Source of the DNA: Clostridia bacterium
GTDB taxonomy: Bacteria; Bacillota; Clostridia; Oscillospirales; SIG627
Length of the DNA stretch: 64,000 nucleotides
Direction: 5' to 3'
Assembly: GCA_017440805.1 (NCBI GenBank)
Contig: JAFSGN010000022.1
Location: forward strand, 60,225-124,224
Positions within the stretch are counted from its first letter, which is position 1. The number at the start of each line of letters is the position of its first letter. The notes beneath the pieces were generated by a model. It was not told where the DNA came from, searched no databases, and saw only the letters and a list, made by a program, of their open reading frames with translations. Positions 20,760 to 29,976 of the stretch are shown piece by piece. The translations under genes and the position numbers were made by a program.

Positions 20760-20776
20760 GGAGAACTTTATTATTC

Positions 20777-22744
20777 ATGAAAAATAACGGCAAAATTATC
20801 ATCTTCTATATCATCACCATTGTACTTATAATAATGTCTGCTGCCTGGCTTTTTTCACAGGGACCAGTTGAAAAAATCAAGTATAGTGATATAGTTGAAG
20901 CATTTAAAAATGATAAAATAGAAGAATTTGTAATTACCAAGGATAATCTTCTTGTTGCAAGTATCATTGGAGATAACGGCACAAAAAGTAATATTGAATA
21001 TCGCATAAGGGATTTATATCTTTTCGACTCTCATGTTGGAGAATATATTAACCGGAACTATGCAAACGGCAATCTTAAGTCGTATAATTACGAAGAACCG
21101 CAGGTTGTTTCCTGGTGGATGAGTTATTTACCGTTCATTGTTGTTTTGGTTATTTTTGCTCTTCTCTGGTTTTTTGTTATGAATCAAGCAACCGGAAAAG
21201 GCGGAAAAATTGCTTCATTTTCCCGTGCAAGAACAAAAATGGGTTCGGCTGAAAAGAAAAAAGTATTATTTTCAGATGTTGCCGGCGCTGATGAAGAAAA
21301 AGAAGAACTGGAAGAAATTGTTGAATTTTTAAGAAATCCAAAGCATTTCACAGCATTAGGTGCAAGAATTCCAAGAGGTGTCTTGCTTATCGGACCTCCC
21401 GGTACAGGTAAAACATTGTTAGCAAAAGCGGTTGCGGGAGAAGCCGGTGTTCCGTTTTATTCCATATCCGGTTCTGATTTTGTTGAAATGTATGTAGGTG
21501 TGGGAGCATCCCGTGTTCGTGACCTGTTTGAAAGTGCCAAGAAAACTTCTCCCAGCATTATTTTTATTGATGAGATTGATGCTGTGGGCCGTCACAGAGG
21601 TGCAGGTCTTGGAGGAGGCCATGACGAAAGAGAACAAACATTAAATCAGTTGCTTGTAGAAATGGACGGTTTTGGAAGCAACGATGGCGTTATTGTCATT
21701 GCTGCGACAAACAGACCTGATATTCTTGACCCTGCACTTCTTCGTCCCGGAAGATTTGACCGCCAGGTAACTGTAAATTATCCGGACATCAATGGTCGTG
21801 TTGAAATTCTTAAAGTTCACGCAAAAGGAAAGCCTTTTGAAGAAACGGTAGATTTTAATGTTATTGCGCGTACTACAGCAGGATTCACAGGAGCAGACCT
21901 TGCAAATCTTCTGAACGAGGCGGCTTTGATTGCTGCAAGACAAGGAAAAAAACTTATCGGTGTACCCGAAATAGAAGATGCAATGCTTAAAGTCATTGTT
22001 GGTCCAAAGAAAAAATCAAAAGTTATAAACGAAAAAGAGAAAAAACTTACTGCATATCACGAAGCAGGTCACGCCATCACCACTCATTTCTTGCCTACAC
22101 AAGACCCTGTTCATCAAATTTCCATTATTCCCAGCGGAAGAGCAGGCGGTTATACTCTTTCACTCCCTAAAGAAGATCGCTCTTACACATCAAAGTCAGA
22201 AATGCTTGAAGATATCGTCACATTGCTGGGTGGCCGTGTCGCTGAAAAACTTGTTTTAGAAGATATTTCTACAGGTGCATCAAATGACATCGAACGAGCA
22301 TCAAAAATTGCAAGAACAATGATTATGAGATACGGAATGAGTGATACACTTGGTCCGATTGTATACGGAACAGGTCACAACGAGGTATTTCTTGGAAAAG
22401 AATTTTCAAGTTCAAGAGATTATTCTGAAAAAATTGCCGCACAAATTGATGATGAAGTGTTGAATATCGTTAAAAACGCTTATGCAAATGCAGAAAAGAT
22501 TCTCAACGAGCATATGGAAAAACTTCACTTTATTGCATCATATCTTATTAAACACGAAACAATGGATGCAGAGCAATTTGAACGCGCAATGCAAGATGGT
22601 GCTACTGAAGAAGAACTTGATGCTATTAAACACTCAAAGATTGAACAAAGCAAAAAAGAAAACATCCGTATAAAAGAAGAACTTGATAAGAAAGAAGAAT
22701 CTTCTGAAAATACAGACCCGGACAATAGTTCTCAGCAAGAATAA
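20777..22744 (+). CDS. ftsH: ATP-dependent zinc metalloprotease FtsH
   Basis: Two TM helices, Walker [14 protein letters not shown], Walker [10 protein letters not shown] and zinc site HEAGHA. Part of the classic tilS-hpt-ftsH synteny. Confidence 0.97.
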   Translation: MKNNGKIIIFYIITIVLIIMSAAWLFSQGPVEKIKYSDIVEAFKNDKIEEFVITKDNLLVASIIGDNGTKSNIEYRIRDLYLFDSHVGEYINRNYANGNLKSYNYEEPQVVSWWMSYLPFIVVLVIFALLWFFVMNQATGKGGKIASFSRARTKMGSAEKKKVLFSDVAGADEEKEELEEIVEFLRNPKHFTALGARIPRGVLLIGPPGTGKTLLAKAVAGEAGVPFYSISGSDFVEMYVGVGASRVRDLFESAKKTSPSIIFIDEIDAVGRHRGAGLGGGHDEREQTLNQLLVEMDGFGSNDGVIVIAATNRPDILDPALLRPGRFDRQVTVNYPDINGRVEILKVHAKGKPFEETVDFNVIARTTAGFTGADLANLLNEAALIAARQGKKLIGVPEIEDAMLKVIVGPKKKSKVINEKEKKLTAYHEAGHAITTHFLPTQDPVHQISIIPSGRAGGYTLSLPKEDRSYTSKSEMLEDIVTLLGGRVAEKLVLEDISTGASNDIERASKIARTMIMRYGMSDTLGPIVYGTGHNEVFLGKEFSSSRDYSEKIAAQIDDEVLNIVKNAYANAEKILNEHMEKLHFIASYLIKHETMDAEQFERAMQDGATEEELDAIKHSKIEQSKKENIRIKEELDKKEESSENTDPDNSSQQE

Positions 22745-22752
22745 TAAAACAC

Positions 22753-22797
22753 AAAACTGTGCATGAAACTTTGAAAGTAACATGCACAGTTTTCTTA
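22753..22797. terminator. Bidirectional intrinsic terminator between convergent ftsH and dfx
   Basis: Perfect 13-bp stem aaaactgtgcatg / catgcacagtttt with a 15-nt loop, and A/T runs on both sides. Confidence 0.8.
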
Positions 22798-22818
22798 TTA
22801 TTTATAACAGAAATTTTA

Positions 22819-23196
22819 TTAAATCTCAGTTATCCACATTCCATCTAAATTACAGTATGCATATACAGCCAACGGTTCTTCATCAGTCAAAACAAAATCA
22901 ACAACCGGTTGGCTGTTTTTATCAAGACATTTCCTGTGACCGCCTCTGTCTGTTTGAAGGTAAATCCATGTAATACTGTGGTCATCCTTCATTATATGCG
23001 TTTTTTTTCCTATCCGTACTCTTAATAAATTATCAGTCATTTCTATTATTGGTTTATGGTTTTCTGCTTTTTCACTATTATTATCAGTCAATTGTTCCAT
23101 AGATTTTCCGCAACAAAAAAGTTTTCCGCCTTTATCCTCTACAAATCCAACTACATTTCCGCATTTACGACATATAAAAAATCTGTTCTCTATCAT
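22819..23196 (-). CDS. dfx: Desulfoferrodoxin-type (2Fe) superoxide reductase homologue with atypical active-site residues
   Basis: 125 aa. The desulforedoxin Cys set falls at C9, C12, C28 and C29 (ICRKCG...FCCG). The neelaredoxin domain has H47, H67, H73 and C115 (ENHKP, THIMKDDHSITWI, YCNLDGMW). The expected fifth ligand His is Asp118. Confidence 0.8.
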   Translation of the reverse strand: MIENRFFICRKCGNVVGFVEDKGGKLFCCGKSMEQLTDNNSEKAENHKPIIEMTDNLLRVRIGKKTHIMKDDHSITWIYLQTDRGGHRKCLDKNSQPVVDFVLTDEEPLAVYAYCNLDGMWITEI

Positions 23197-23199
23197 ATA

Positions 23200-23240
23200 A
23201 TTACACCCCCAAATGTATTTTAAACATTTAGGGGTGTAAT
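23200..23240 (-). promoter_or_regulatory. 17-bp stem-loop in the dfx 5' leader that contains the Shine-Dalgarno sequence
   Basis: Minus-strand RNA reads AUUACACCCCUAAAUGU-UUAAAAU-ACAUUUGGGGGUGUAAU, then UAU-AUG. All 17 positions pair on the minus strand (one G.U). The same position is a C/A mismatch on the plus strand. The GGGGG SD lies in the 3' arm. Confidence 0.55.
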
Positions 23241-23249
23241 ATTCACTGC

Positions 23250-23277
23250 ATTATATATTTATAAATTTTAAGAGCAA
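23250..23277 (-). promoter_or_regulatory. Candidate promoter for dfx
   Basis: Minus strand reads TTGCTC (23272-23277), a 16-nt spacer, then TATAAT (23250-23255). The predicted transcript would start just 5' of the hairpin. Confidence 0.4.
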
Positions 23278-23307
23278 CAATTATATGTCAAAAACAATAA
23301 CAATCTA

Positions 23308-23940
23308 TTATTCAAAAATTGAAAAATCAGTCCATCTCCATCCGTTTTCGCACTTTTCATAGCAATATGTATAGGTGCAAATTTCATCTACTGTCTGTAA
23401 ATCATCAGATAATTTTTCAACTGTTGCCGTATATTCAATTTTTGAATCACTTTTTTCTGTAATAGTATAGAAAACATCTCCTATATAAATATTAGTTCCG
23501 CGAGATGCGTCAGATGCCCATAACTCTCCGTCAATATCTATATATCTGTCCTTGCCGACCGAAAAAAGCATTTCAACAATTTCATCGGAAAATAATGATT
23601 TAAGATAATTTTCTAAATCAGACAGATTTTTTATACTGTTATGGCCAACTTTATAATAGTAAATTCCATTTATTTCTTTAATGTTATTAAAATCAACGAT
23701 TTGCTCCGCTGACGGCATTGAACTTGCAGTAAACCAAAAAAACGCCTCTTTTGCTGTTTTATATTTACTGTCCATAAAGGAATTTATATCCTCTGTGCTA
23801 TATGGGCTTGTAGGATCACTGTCAAGATGCTCAAAATTATTATTTTCATCATTGGTAGCGTTATGTATGCCATTTTGGGTACAGGAAATAGAAAAAACAG
23901 CAAACAATATCAAAAGAAACATAAAACAGATTTTTTTCAT
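23308..23940 (-). CDS. Putative lipoprotein, unknown function
   Basis: Start moved to ATG 23938-23940: MKKICFMFLLILFAVFSISC, with lipobox-like FSIS-C. AGAGGGGG lies upstream. I cannot assign a family with confidence; there is a weak resemblance to IseA/YoeB-like proteins. Confidence 0.6.
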   Translation of the reverse strand: MKKICFMFLLILFAVFSISCTQNGIHNATNDENNNFEHLDSDPTSPYSTEDINSFMDSKYKTAKEAFFWFTASSMPSAEQIVDFNNIKEINGIYYYKVGHNSIKNLSDLENYLKSLFSDEIVEMLFSVGKDRYIDIDGELWASDASRGTNIYIGDVFYTITEKSDSKIEYTATVEKLSDDLQTVDEICTYTYCYEKCENGWRWTDFSIFE

Positions 23941-24016
23941 AATATATTTTCCCCCTCTTATTTTAAAGTACATACAGTATACCAAAAATGTCTGAAGAAA
24001 TATGTCGAAATATAAT

Positions 24017-24649
24017 TTAAAGTTCGCAATTATCGTAAACAGTCTTTAAATTTTCAATTTGTAATTTCCCGCCTGAAACATCTTTAAGGTAATTACAATA
24101 ACCATCTAAACGGTCGCTTCTGAGCGTTAGAGTAAGTGTGATTTCACTATCAAACCTTGAATCTACACACCTTATATGATATTTTTCAAAATCGTGTAAG
24201 AGTTTATTATATAAAGTATAATTTATTTTTATATCAAACATTGAAAAAGGGCAAAAAGTCGTAATCCCCGCAGCATCAATTGCAATTTTTGCCGCCTTGG
24301 AATAAGCGCGCACAAGTCCTCCTGCACCAAGCAGAATACCCCCAAAATATCTGGTGACTACAATAACTACGCCACATAATTCTTCTCTCTTTATTACCTC
24401 AAGAATCGGCAGTCCTGCAGTCCCCTGCGGCTCTCCGTTATCATTAAATCTGACGATGTTTTGCTCTTTGTTTATATATGCATAGCAATTATGAGCGGCA
24501 TCACCATACCTTTTTTCAATGGTTTTTATAAAATCAAGAGCCTGTTCTTCGCTTTCTATAGGTTTAGCATGTCCAATAAAAACAGATTTCTTTTCTGTAA
24601 ATTCATCTTTTGCTTCTCTTGCGACTGTTTTATAACTTCCGTCTGTCAT
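24017..24649 (-). CDS. yigZ: YigZ / IMPACT family protein (UPF0029)
   Basis: Motifs KKSVFIGHAKPI, AAHNCYAY, DNGEPQGTAGLPIL and VVTRYFGGILLGAGGLVRAY. Confidence 0.88.
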   Translation of the reverse strand: MTDGSYKTVAREAKDEFTEKKSVFIGHAKPIESEEQALDFIKTIEKRYGDAAHNCYAYINKEQNIVRFNDNGEPQGTAGLPILEVIKREELCGVVIVVTRYFGGILLGAGGLVRAYSKAAKIAIDAAGITTFCPFSMFDIKINYTLYNKLLHDFEKYHIRCVDSRFDSEITLTLTLRSDRLDGYCNYLKDVSGGKLQIENLKTVYDNCEL

Positions 24650-25932
24650 TGTTTTATAAAATCCTTATATTTACCAATAATTTTTTCATCGGCAATAATT
24701 TCCATAACTATTCCTTCCGCGGTGTATTCCACATCACAAACAGTACATGTTTTTCGTATTTCTGATTCAATTCTTGCCATTGAATGAGGGATTTCAAGCA
24801 CAACTTTCTTTTTTAATCCTGATATAACATTTTCGATTTTTTCTATCAGTTTATCACAACCTGTTCCCTCTTTTGCGGAAATATATACACAATCTTCTCT
24901 TGGCACATTAAAACATGCCAATGAATACTGTTCTGATTTGTCACACTTATTAAAAACATATATAATAGGTTTGGCGACCTCTCCTCTATCCGTTATCAAG
25001 GAATTGACAAGTCTGCAACACACATCTAATTTCATATCTGCTTCACTGTCCGACACATCAACAACAAGCAATATAATATCAGCATAAACAACCTCATCAA
25101 GAGTTGACTTGAATGCTTTTATAAGATGGTGAGGAAGATTGTTTATAAAACCGACTGTATCGGTAATAATTACTTCCCCTGCTTTCGGGAGAACAACTTT
25201 TCTGGTTGTAGGGTCAAGTGTTGCAAACAACTTGTCTTCGCAAAGGATATTTCCACCCGTTATATAGTTCATGAGTGTTGATTTTCCCGCGTTTGTGTAA
25301 CCCGCAACCGCAATGGATGTTATACCGCTTTTTTTTCGTTTGGAATGTTGAGTAATGCGATTTTTTTCAAGTTCTTTCAGTTCATGCTCAAGAGCAGTAA
25401 TGCGGTGTTTTATATGACGGCGATCAACCTCAAGTTTAGACTCACCGGGTCCTCTGGTACCGATACCGCCACCCAATCGAGATAAATCTTTTCCTTTACC
25501 GATTAACCGAGGTGCCGTATATTTAAGATGTGCAATTTCAACCTGAAGAATCCCCTCCCGTGTTACGGCGTGTGATGCAAATATATCAAGTATAAGCATC
25601 GTACGGTCTATAACACTGACATTATTAAGCTGATTTTCGATATTGCGTATCTGGCTGGGAGAAAGTTCAGTGTCAAAAACAACTAATGAGATATTATTAG
25701 TTGAACAAATCTCATCTAATTCTTTAAGTTTACCTTTGCCAACAAATGTATCCGGCTCGGGATGGGATTTCAATTGCAGCATACGGCAATAAACTTCTCC
25801 ACCCGCTGTATGCAAAAGTTCTTCAAGTTCATCAAGTGATTTTTCGCATTGTTCCACATCAGTATCCGGCAAAACAACATTCGCCAGAACAGCCAATGGT
25901 CTTTTTTTATCAGTATTATTAATAACTTCCAT
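24646..25932 (-). CDS. hflX: GTPase HflX
   Basis: HflX N-domain, G1 GYTNAGKSTLMN, G3 DTVGF and G4 NKCD. 428 aa. Confidence 0.93.
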   Translation of the reverse strand: MEVINNTDKKRPLAVLANVVLPDTDVEQCEKSLDELEELLHTAGGEVYCRMLQLKSHPEPDTFVGKGKLKELDEICSTNNISLVVFDTELSPSQIRNIENQLNNVSVIDRTMLILDIFASHAVTREGILQVEIAHLKYTAPRLIGKGKDLSRLGGGIGTRGPGESKLEVDRRHIKHRITALEHELKELEKNRITQHSKRKKSGITSIAVAGYTNAGKSTLMNYITGGNILCEDKLFATLDPTTRKVVLPKAGEVIITDTVGFINNLPHHLIKAFKSTLDEVVYADIILLVVDVSDSEADMKLDVCCRLVNSLITDRGEVAKPIIYVFNKCDKSEQYSLACFNVPREDCVYISAKEGTGCDKLIEKIENVISGLKKKVVLEIPHSMARIESEIRKTCTVCDVEYTAEGIVMEIIADEKIIGKYKDFIKQ

Positions 25933-26372
25933 TACTGTTGTTTATCAGAATCTTTAAAGTCAAGCTCAACTTTTTCCGCTTCCGCCCATAACTTTTCAAG
26001 TTTAAAATAATCACGGGCATCTTTCTGAAAAACATGCACAATTATTGAACCAAAATCCAAAAGTATCCAGGATGCTGAATCGTATCCCTCGTTTCTGATG
26101 CATTCAACACCTGAAAGCCCCATCTGATATACTACTTCGTCACTCAATGCTTTTACCTGGGTATTGGATGTACCATGAGCAATTACAAAATAGTCAGCAA
26201 GGACTGTCTGCTTATTTATACATAAAAGTTCTATGCCATGTGCCTTTTTATTATAAAGTATCTGTGCAATTTTTCTTGCGTTTTCTTCTATTTCCTGAGG
26301 GGTTTTTCCTCCGTCGGCGACCTGTGTAGCCGATTCAAGAACATTTTCGTTTTCGTATATGTTTTCTGTCAT
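25932..26372 (-). CDS. rsfS: Ribosome silencing factor RsfS (Iojap-like)
   Basis: Motifs LADYFVIAHGTSNTQVKALSDEV and WILLDFGSIIVHVF, in the conserved position after yqeK. Confidence 0.9.
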   Translation of the reverse strand: MTENIYENENVLESATQVADGGKTPQEIEENARKIAQILYNKKAHGIELLCINKQTVLADYFVIAHGTSNTQVKALSDEVVYQMGLSGVECIRNEGYDSASWILLDFGSIIVHVFQKDARDYFKLEKLWAEAEKVELDFKDSDKQQ

Positions 26373-26386
26373 TAGTTTTTCTCCTG

Positions 26387-28363
26387 TCAGTCTTGTAGTA
26401 TATTTTCGTTTTCTTCTGTGTCTGTATTTTCCGTCACAGCAATTTCTGTTTCCTGTTCGGTAGATTGTTGCTGCTCTGTTAAATCGTTTTCATTTTGTTG
26501 GTTTTCTGTTATATCTTCATCAGATTGTTCAGGTTCAGTATTACTTTCTTCTGTAGATTGTTCAGGTTCAGTATTACTTTCTTCTGTCTGTTTGGGTTGT
26601 GTCTGAGCCTCTTCCGGTTGCTCTTTATCTGTAACATTTTCCCCGGACTGTTCAGGCTCCGCTTCAAATTCTTCCGTTTGTTCTGTTTCCGGCTCATCTT
26701 CGTCGAAAGACTCGGGAGATTCTTGAGATTCTTCGGATTGTTCAGAATCTGTAGCAGACTCTTCCCCTTCGGGTTGTTCTGAATCTGTTAAAGTTTCTTC
26801 TGACTGTTCTTTTTCCGCTTCATCCTCATCTGACAGTCCAGATTCTGTAATATTTTCTTCTGTCTGTTCAGTTTCTTCTGTTTCCACATCCGGTTGTCCG
26901 GAATCATCAGCATTCTCTTCGGATTCTTCAGAACCTGCATCATTTTCCTCAGTCATCTCCGCGTCTTCGGATTCCGCTGTGTTCTGTTCTGTTTCCTGAT
27001 TAATTGATTCTTCTGGCAATTCGTTCTCGTTTGTTGTAACAGAGGTTTGAACATCTACCGGTCCGTATGTCACAGGGGAATGCTGAACATCCAACAAATT
27101 ATTTTCAATATCTTCAGCAGTAATACCCTGGGTACCATATGAAATATTATAATCTCTTACAATTTCATGCAAAGTAACATCTTCCGGAGTCACCTGACGG
27201 TCATAATCGTTGAAGTATGCATTAATCAGTTCGAGATTTTCATTCATGTAAAGGCTGTAATACCATGCACCGGAAGATGCACGGTATGCTTCACCCGGAC
27301 AAGTATAAAATTTAATACTGTTAAGTTTTACACCTAAAAGAATTTTAGCATAGCCCAACACATCGGTAATAGAAAGATTGGTTGTTGTATATTCAAGACA
27401 TGTTTCAATAATAGGTTGCAACTTGGTTATTGTAGAAAAAGACAGCACCTTTTTTGCAAGTGCAGAAACAAAAATCTTCTGTGCATTTACCCTTCCTATA
27501 TCACCATCAACATATCCGTAGCGATACCGTACAAAACCTTCTGCTTTTTTTCCGTCAAGAACCTGTAATCCTTTATTTATATGAATATACAGATTTTGCT
27601 CCGGGTCATCATAATGCATATCCATCGGTACATCAACTTCTACACCGCCAAGAACATCAACTATATTTCTGAATCCGGAAACATCAACCATAACATAGCC
27701 GTCAATCGCAATACAGAATGTGCGCTTTAATGTTTCTTTTAAATACTCAAGACCCATTTTATCAAGCAACTCGTTATTGTGTTTTTTTGCGTCATTGCTT
27801 GAAGAACTCTTAAGGCTTTCCCTGTATATGGGCGCTAATTTTTCCATTACGGGGTCATTGGGGAAAGTCAGATTTGTGTTAGCAGCCGCACGGCGAAATT
27901 CCTGTCGTGAATAAGCAAAAATAGCATTTACGCGCTTACCGTAATTTTCATTTACTCCACATTCAACAGTTGAATCACGGGGAACCTGCAAAACACTGAT
28001 TTCATCTGTATTGGTGTTTATAGACACTATCATTATCACATCGGTAGAACCCGACCAATAGTCTTTACCCACAAGCAGAAGGTTATACATATTGTTATTT
28101 CTGCCATCAGGACTTTTTTTACTAATATTTTCTTTTTGTGTATCGTCTTTATTAACATCTGTGACAGTTTGAAGTGAATTAAACGGATTCTCATCATCTT
28201 TCTGAGGATTGATATAAGAAAAGGCTGAAGCCAATCCAAGAGTAAGTACAAGCAAAAAACATATAACGCCGAGTATAATATACATTGGTGTTTTATTTGC
28301 CTGAAAACTTTTCTGTTTACTGTTTTTGGGTTTTGTAATCTTTTTTTGATTATTTGTCTTCAA
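26387..28363 (-). CDS. LytR-CpsA-Psr (LCP) family cell-wall glycopolymer transferase with long acidic C-terminal tail
   Basis: N-terminal TM helix. LCP core motifs are NLLLVGKD...STDVIMIVSIN, QVPRDS, IDGYVMVDVSGFRNIVDVLGGVEVDVP and GDIGRVNAQKIF. The last ~220 aa are E/Q/T/S/D-rich low complexity. Confidence 0.88.
   Translation of the reverse strand: MKTNNQKKITKPKNSKQKSFQANKTPMYIILGVICFLLVLTLGLASAFSYINPQKDDENPFNSLQTVTDVNKDDTQKENISKKSPDGRNNNMYNLLLVGKDYWSGSTDVIMIVSINTNTDEISVLQVPRDSTVECGVNENYGKRVNAIFAYSRQEFRRAAANTNLTFPNDPVMEKLAPIYRESLKSSSSNDAKKHNNELLDKMGLEYLKETLKRTFCIAIDGYVMVDVSGFRNIVDVLGGVEVDVPMDMHYDDPEQNLYIHINKGLQVLDGKKAEGFVRYRYGYVDGDIGRVNAQKIFVSALAKKVLSFSTITKLQPIIETCLEYTTTNLSITDVLGYAKILLGVKLNSIKFYTCPGEAYRASSGAWYYSLYMNENLELINAYFNDYDRQVTPEDVTLHEIVRDYNISYGTQGITAEDIENNLLDVQHSPVTYGPVDVQTSVTTNENELPEESINQETEQNTAESEDAEMTEENDAGSEESEENADDSGQPDVETEETEQTEENITESGLSDEDEAEKEQSEETLTDSEQPEGEESATDSEQSEESQESPESFDEDEPETEQTEEFEAEPEQSGENVTDKEQPEEAQTQPKQTEESNTEPEQSTEESNTEPEQSDEDITENQQNENDLTEQQQSTEQETEIAVTENTDTEENENILQD
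26522..26587 (-). repeat. Perfect 2 x 33-bp in-frame tandem duplication inside the LCP acidic tail
   Basis: The unit agattgttcaggttcagtattactttcttctgt occurs at 26522-26554 and again at 26555-26587. It encodes TEESNTEPEQS twice. Confidence 0.95.
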
Positions 28364-28368
28364 AATAC

Positions 28369-29010
28369 TCAGTCCTTCTTCTGATAATTATTTTTTTCAG
28401 GGTAAATTGACAGGCACAAACGATTTCTGGCATTAAATGTACCCGAATTTATATAAAGATTTTTTTCAGCAAGATACTTAATTGTCTGCCCCAATGATAA
28501 AAGAACAACTCTGTCAAGTGCCACCATACGACTTTCTATATCACTGACGCCCTCTATTTCCGAATAAAATTGTTCCCTGGCATATTTACATGCTGTTTCT
28601 TCACGAGTTTTTTCGATATAATCAGCAATAAACAGTATTTTTTCAAAAAGAGTCATATCACATCTTCCTGTTGTGTGATATTGAATTGCGGAACAAATTA
28701 TATCTTTCATCCCATATTCATTTTTGGCAACAGCAGATGCGGTTATTGCATGAATAGTTTTGGGAGAAAGAATATCCTCATCGGATAATACAATATTATA
28801 TTTTTCACATAATTTCAACTGTTCCTTATAGTCTTTTTCCTTGGTAATATCATGCAGTAATGCGGCATAACTTAAATCTTCGTAGTATTCTGTGCAGTTT
28901 AAAATTTTACATAACGCCTGTGCTTCTTCTTCAACCGCAAATATATGTTTTGCCCGCTCCGGTGAGAGTTCCGCATTTATTCTTTCTCTGATTTTACCTG
29001 CTAAAAACAT
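28369..29010 (-). CDS. yqeK: HD-domain protein YqeK (bis(5'-nucleosyl)-tetraphosphatase family)
   Basis: HD motif LLHDITKE, in the conserved position downstream of nadD. Confidence 0.85.
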   Translation of the reverse strand: MFLAGKIRERINAELSPERAKHIFAVEEEAQALCKILNCTEYYEDLSYAALLHDITKEKDYKEQLKLCEKYNIVLSDEDILSPKTIHAITASAVAKNEYGMKDIICSAIQYHTTGRCDMTLFEKILFIADYIEKTREETACKYAREQFYSEIEGVSDIESRMVALDRVVLLSLGQTIKYLAEKNLYINSGTFNARNRLCLSIYPEKNNYQKKD

Positions 29011-29031
29011 TTTCTGTTCATTTCATTCCCT

Positions 29032-29655
29032 TCAGTACAGATTTTCTTGTCTGATATAATTTAAAACACTTGTTGATAAATTTTCACTCAAAAAATCAAT
29101 ATTGTTTTCAATAATTGCATACCTTAATTCTGTAGATGAAATCTCATAAAATTCTTTATCAATAAAAGTTATATTTGCATTATATTTACTTATGTAATAT
29201 TCTGCTTTTTGCATTAGTTCGGAAATATCATCTTTTCTCGGCATAACATAAAGCAAGCACGATTCAAAAAGTATTTCTGCCTTATACCAATTTTCAAAGC
29301 ATAAAAACATATCGCTTCCGACAAATAAACATATTTGACAGCCGGGATATTTTTGTTTTAGTTCATTAACAGTGATAACAGTATAACTTTTTCCGCCCCG
29401 CACTATCTCGCAATCAGAAATGACAGTATTATCCCATATATGAGAAAACGCAAGTTTTGCCATTTCAACACGGTGATGAGGACCTATTTCCTGAATTTCT
29501 TTATGAGGTGCAATAAATGACGGTACCACCATAAATATATCAGGGTTTGCCTTTTGGCAAAAATATTTTGCCGCCCGTATATGACCGATATGAGGCGGAT
29601 TAAAACTTCCGCCAAATAAACCTATACGAATACAATTCAAATTATTCTTTTCCAT
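29032..29655 (-). CDS. nadD: Nicotinate-nucleotide adenylyltransferase NadD
   Basis: Motif GLFGGSFNPPHIGH. The track ORF starts at a TTG (29671-29673) overlapping the yhbY stop. I prefer ATG 29653-29655 (MEKNNL), but the start remains uncertain. Confidence 0.88.
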   Translation of the reverse strand: MEKNNLNCIRIGLFGGSFNPPHIGHIRAAKYFCQKANPDIFMVVPSFIAPHKEIQEIGPHHRVEMAKLAFSHIWDNTVISDCEIVRGGKSYTVITVNELKQKYPGCQICLFVGSDMFLCFENWYKAEILFESCLLYVMPRKDDISELMQKAEYYISKYNANITFIDKEFYEISSTELRYAIIENNIDFLSENLSTSVLNYIRQENLY

Positions 29656-29669
29656 AGTTTTATAAAATA

Positions 29670-29957
29670 TCAAATTTCTATAACAGGCTTTTCCTTGTTT
29701 TGACGATAAAGTACAAATTTTGTTCCTATAACCTGAACAATTTCTGCATTAACAAGGGGGGCGATTTCATTTGCGGCCTCTTTTGCGGAATACATTGAAT
29801 TTTCAAGTATTCTTAATTTAATTAGTTCTCTTGCACTAAGAGCATTATCTACCTGGGTAATAAAATTATCACAAATTCCACCTTTTCCAAGTTGAAAAAT
29901 TGTATCTATACTGTTTGCCATACCTCGTAAAACGGCTCTTTGTTTGCTTGTAAGCAT
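29670..29957 (-). CDS. yhbY: Ribosome assembly RNA-binding protein YhbY (CRM domain)
   Basis: MLTSKQRAVLRGMANSIDTIFQLGKGG. 95 aa. Confidence 0.9.
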   Translation of the reverse strand: MLTSKQRAVLRGMANSIDTIFQLGKGGICDNFITQVDNALSARELIKLRILENSMYSAKEAANEIAPLVNAEIVQVIGTKFVLYRQNKEKPVIEI

Positions 29958-29976
29958 TTTATATTCCTCTTATCAT

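Noticed and set aside
26522-26587. 33-bp tandem repeat as a CRISPR-like or non-coding VNTR element
   Set aside because: There are only two copies and no spacers. It is in frame inside the LCP coding sequence.
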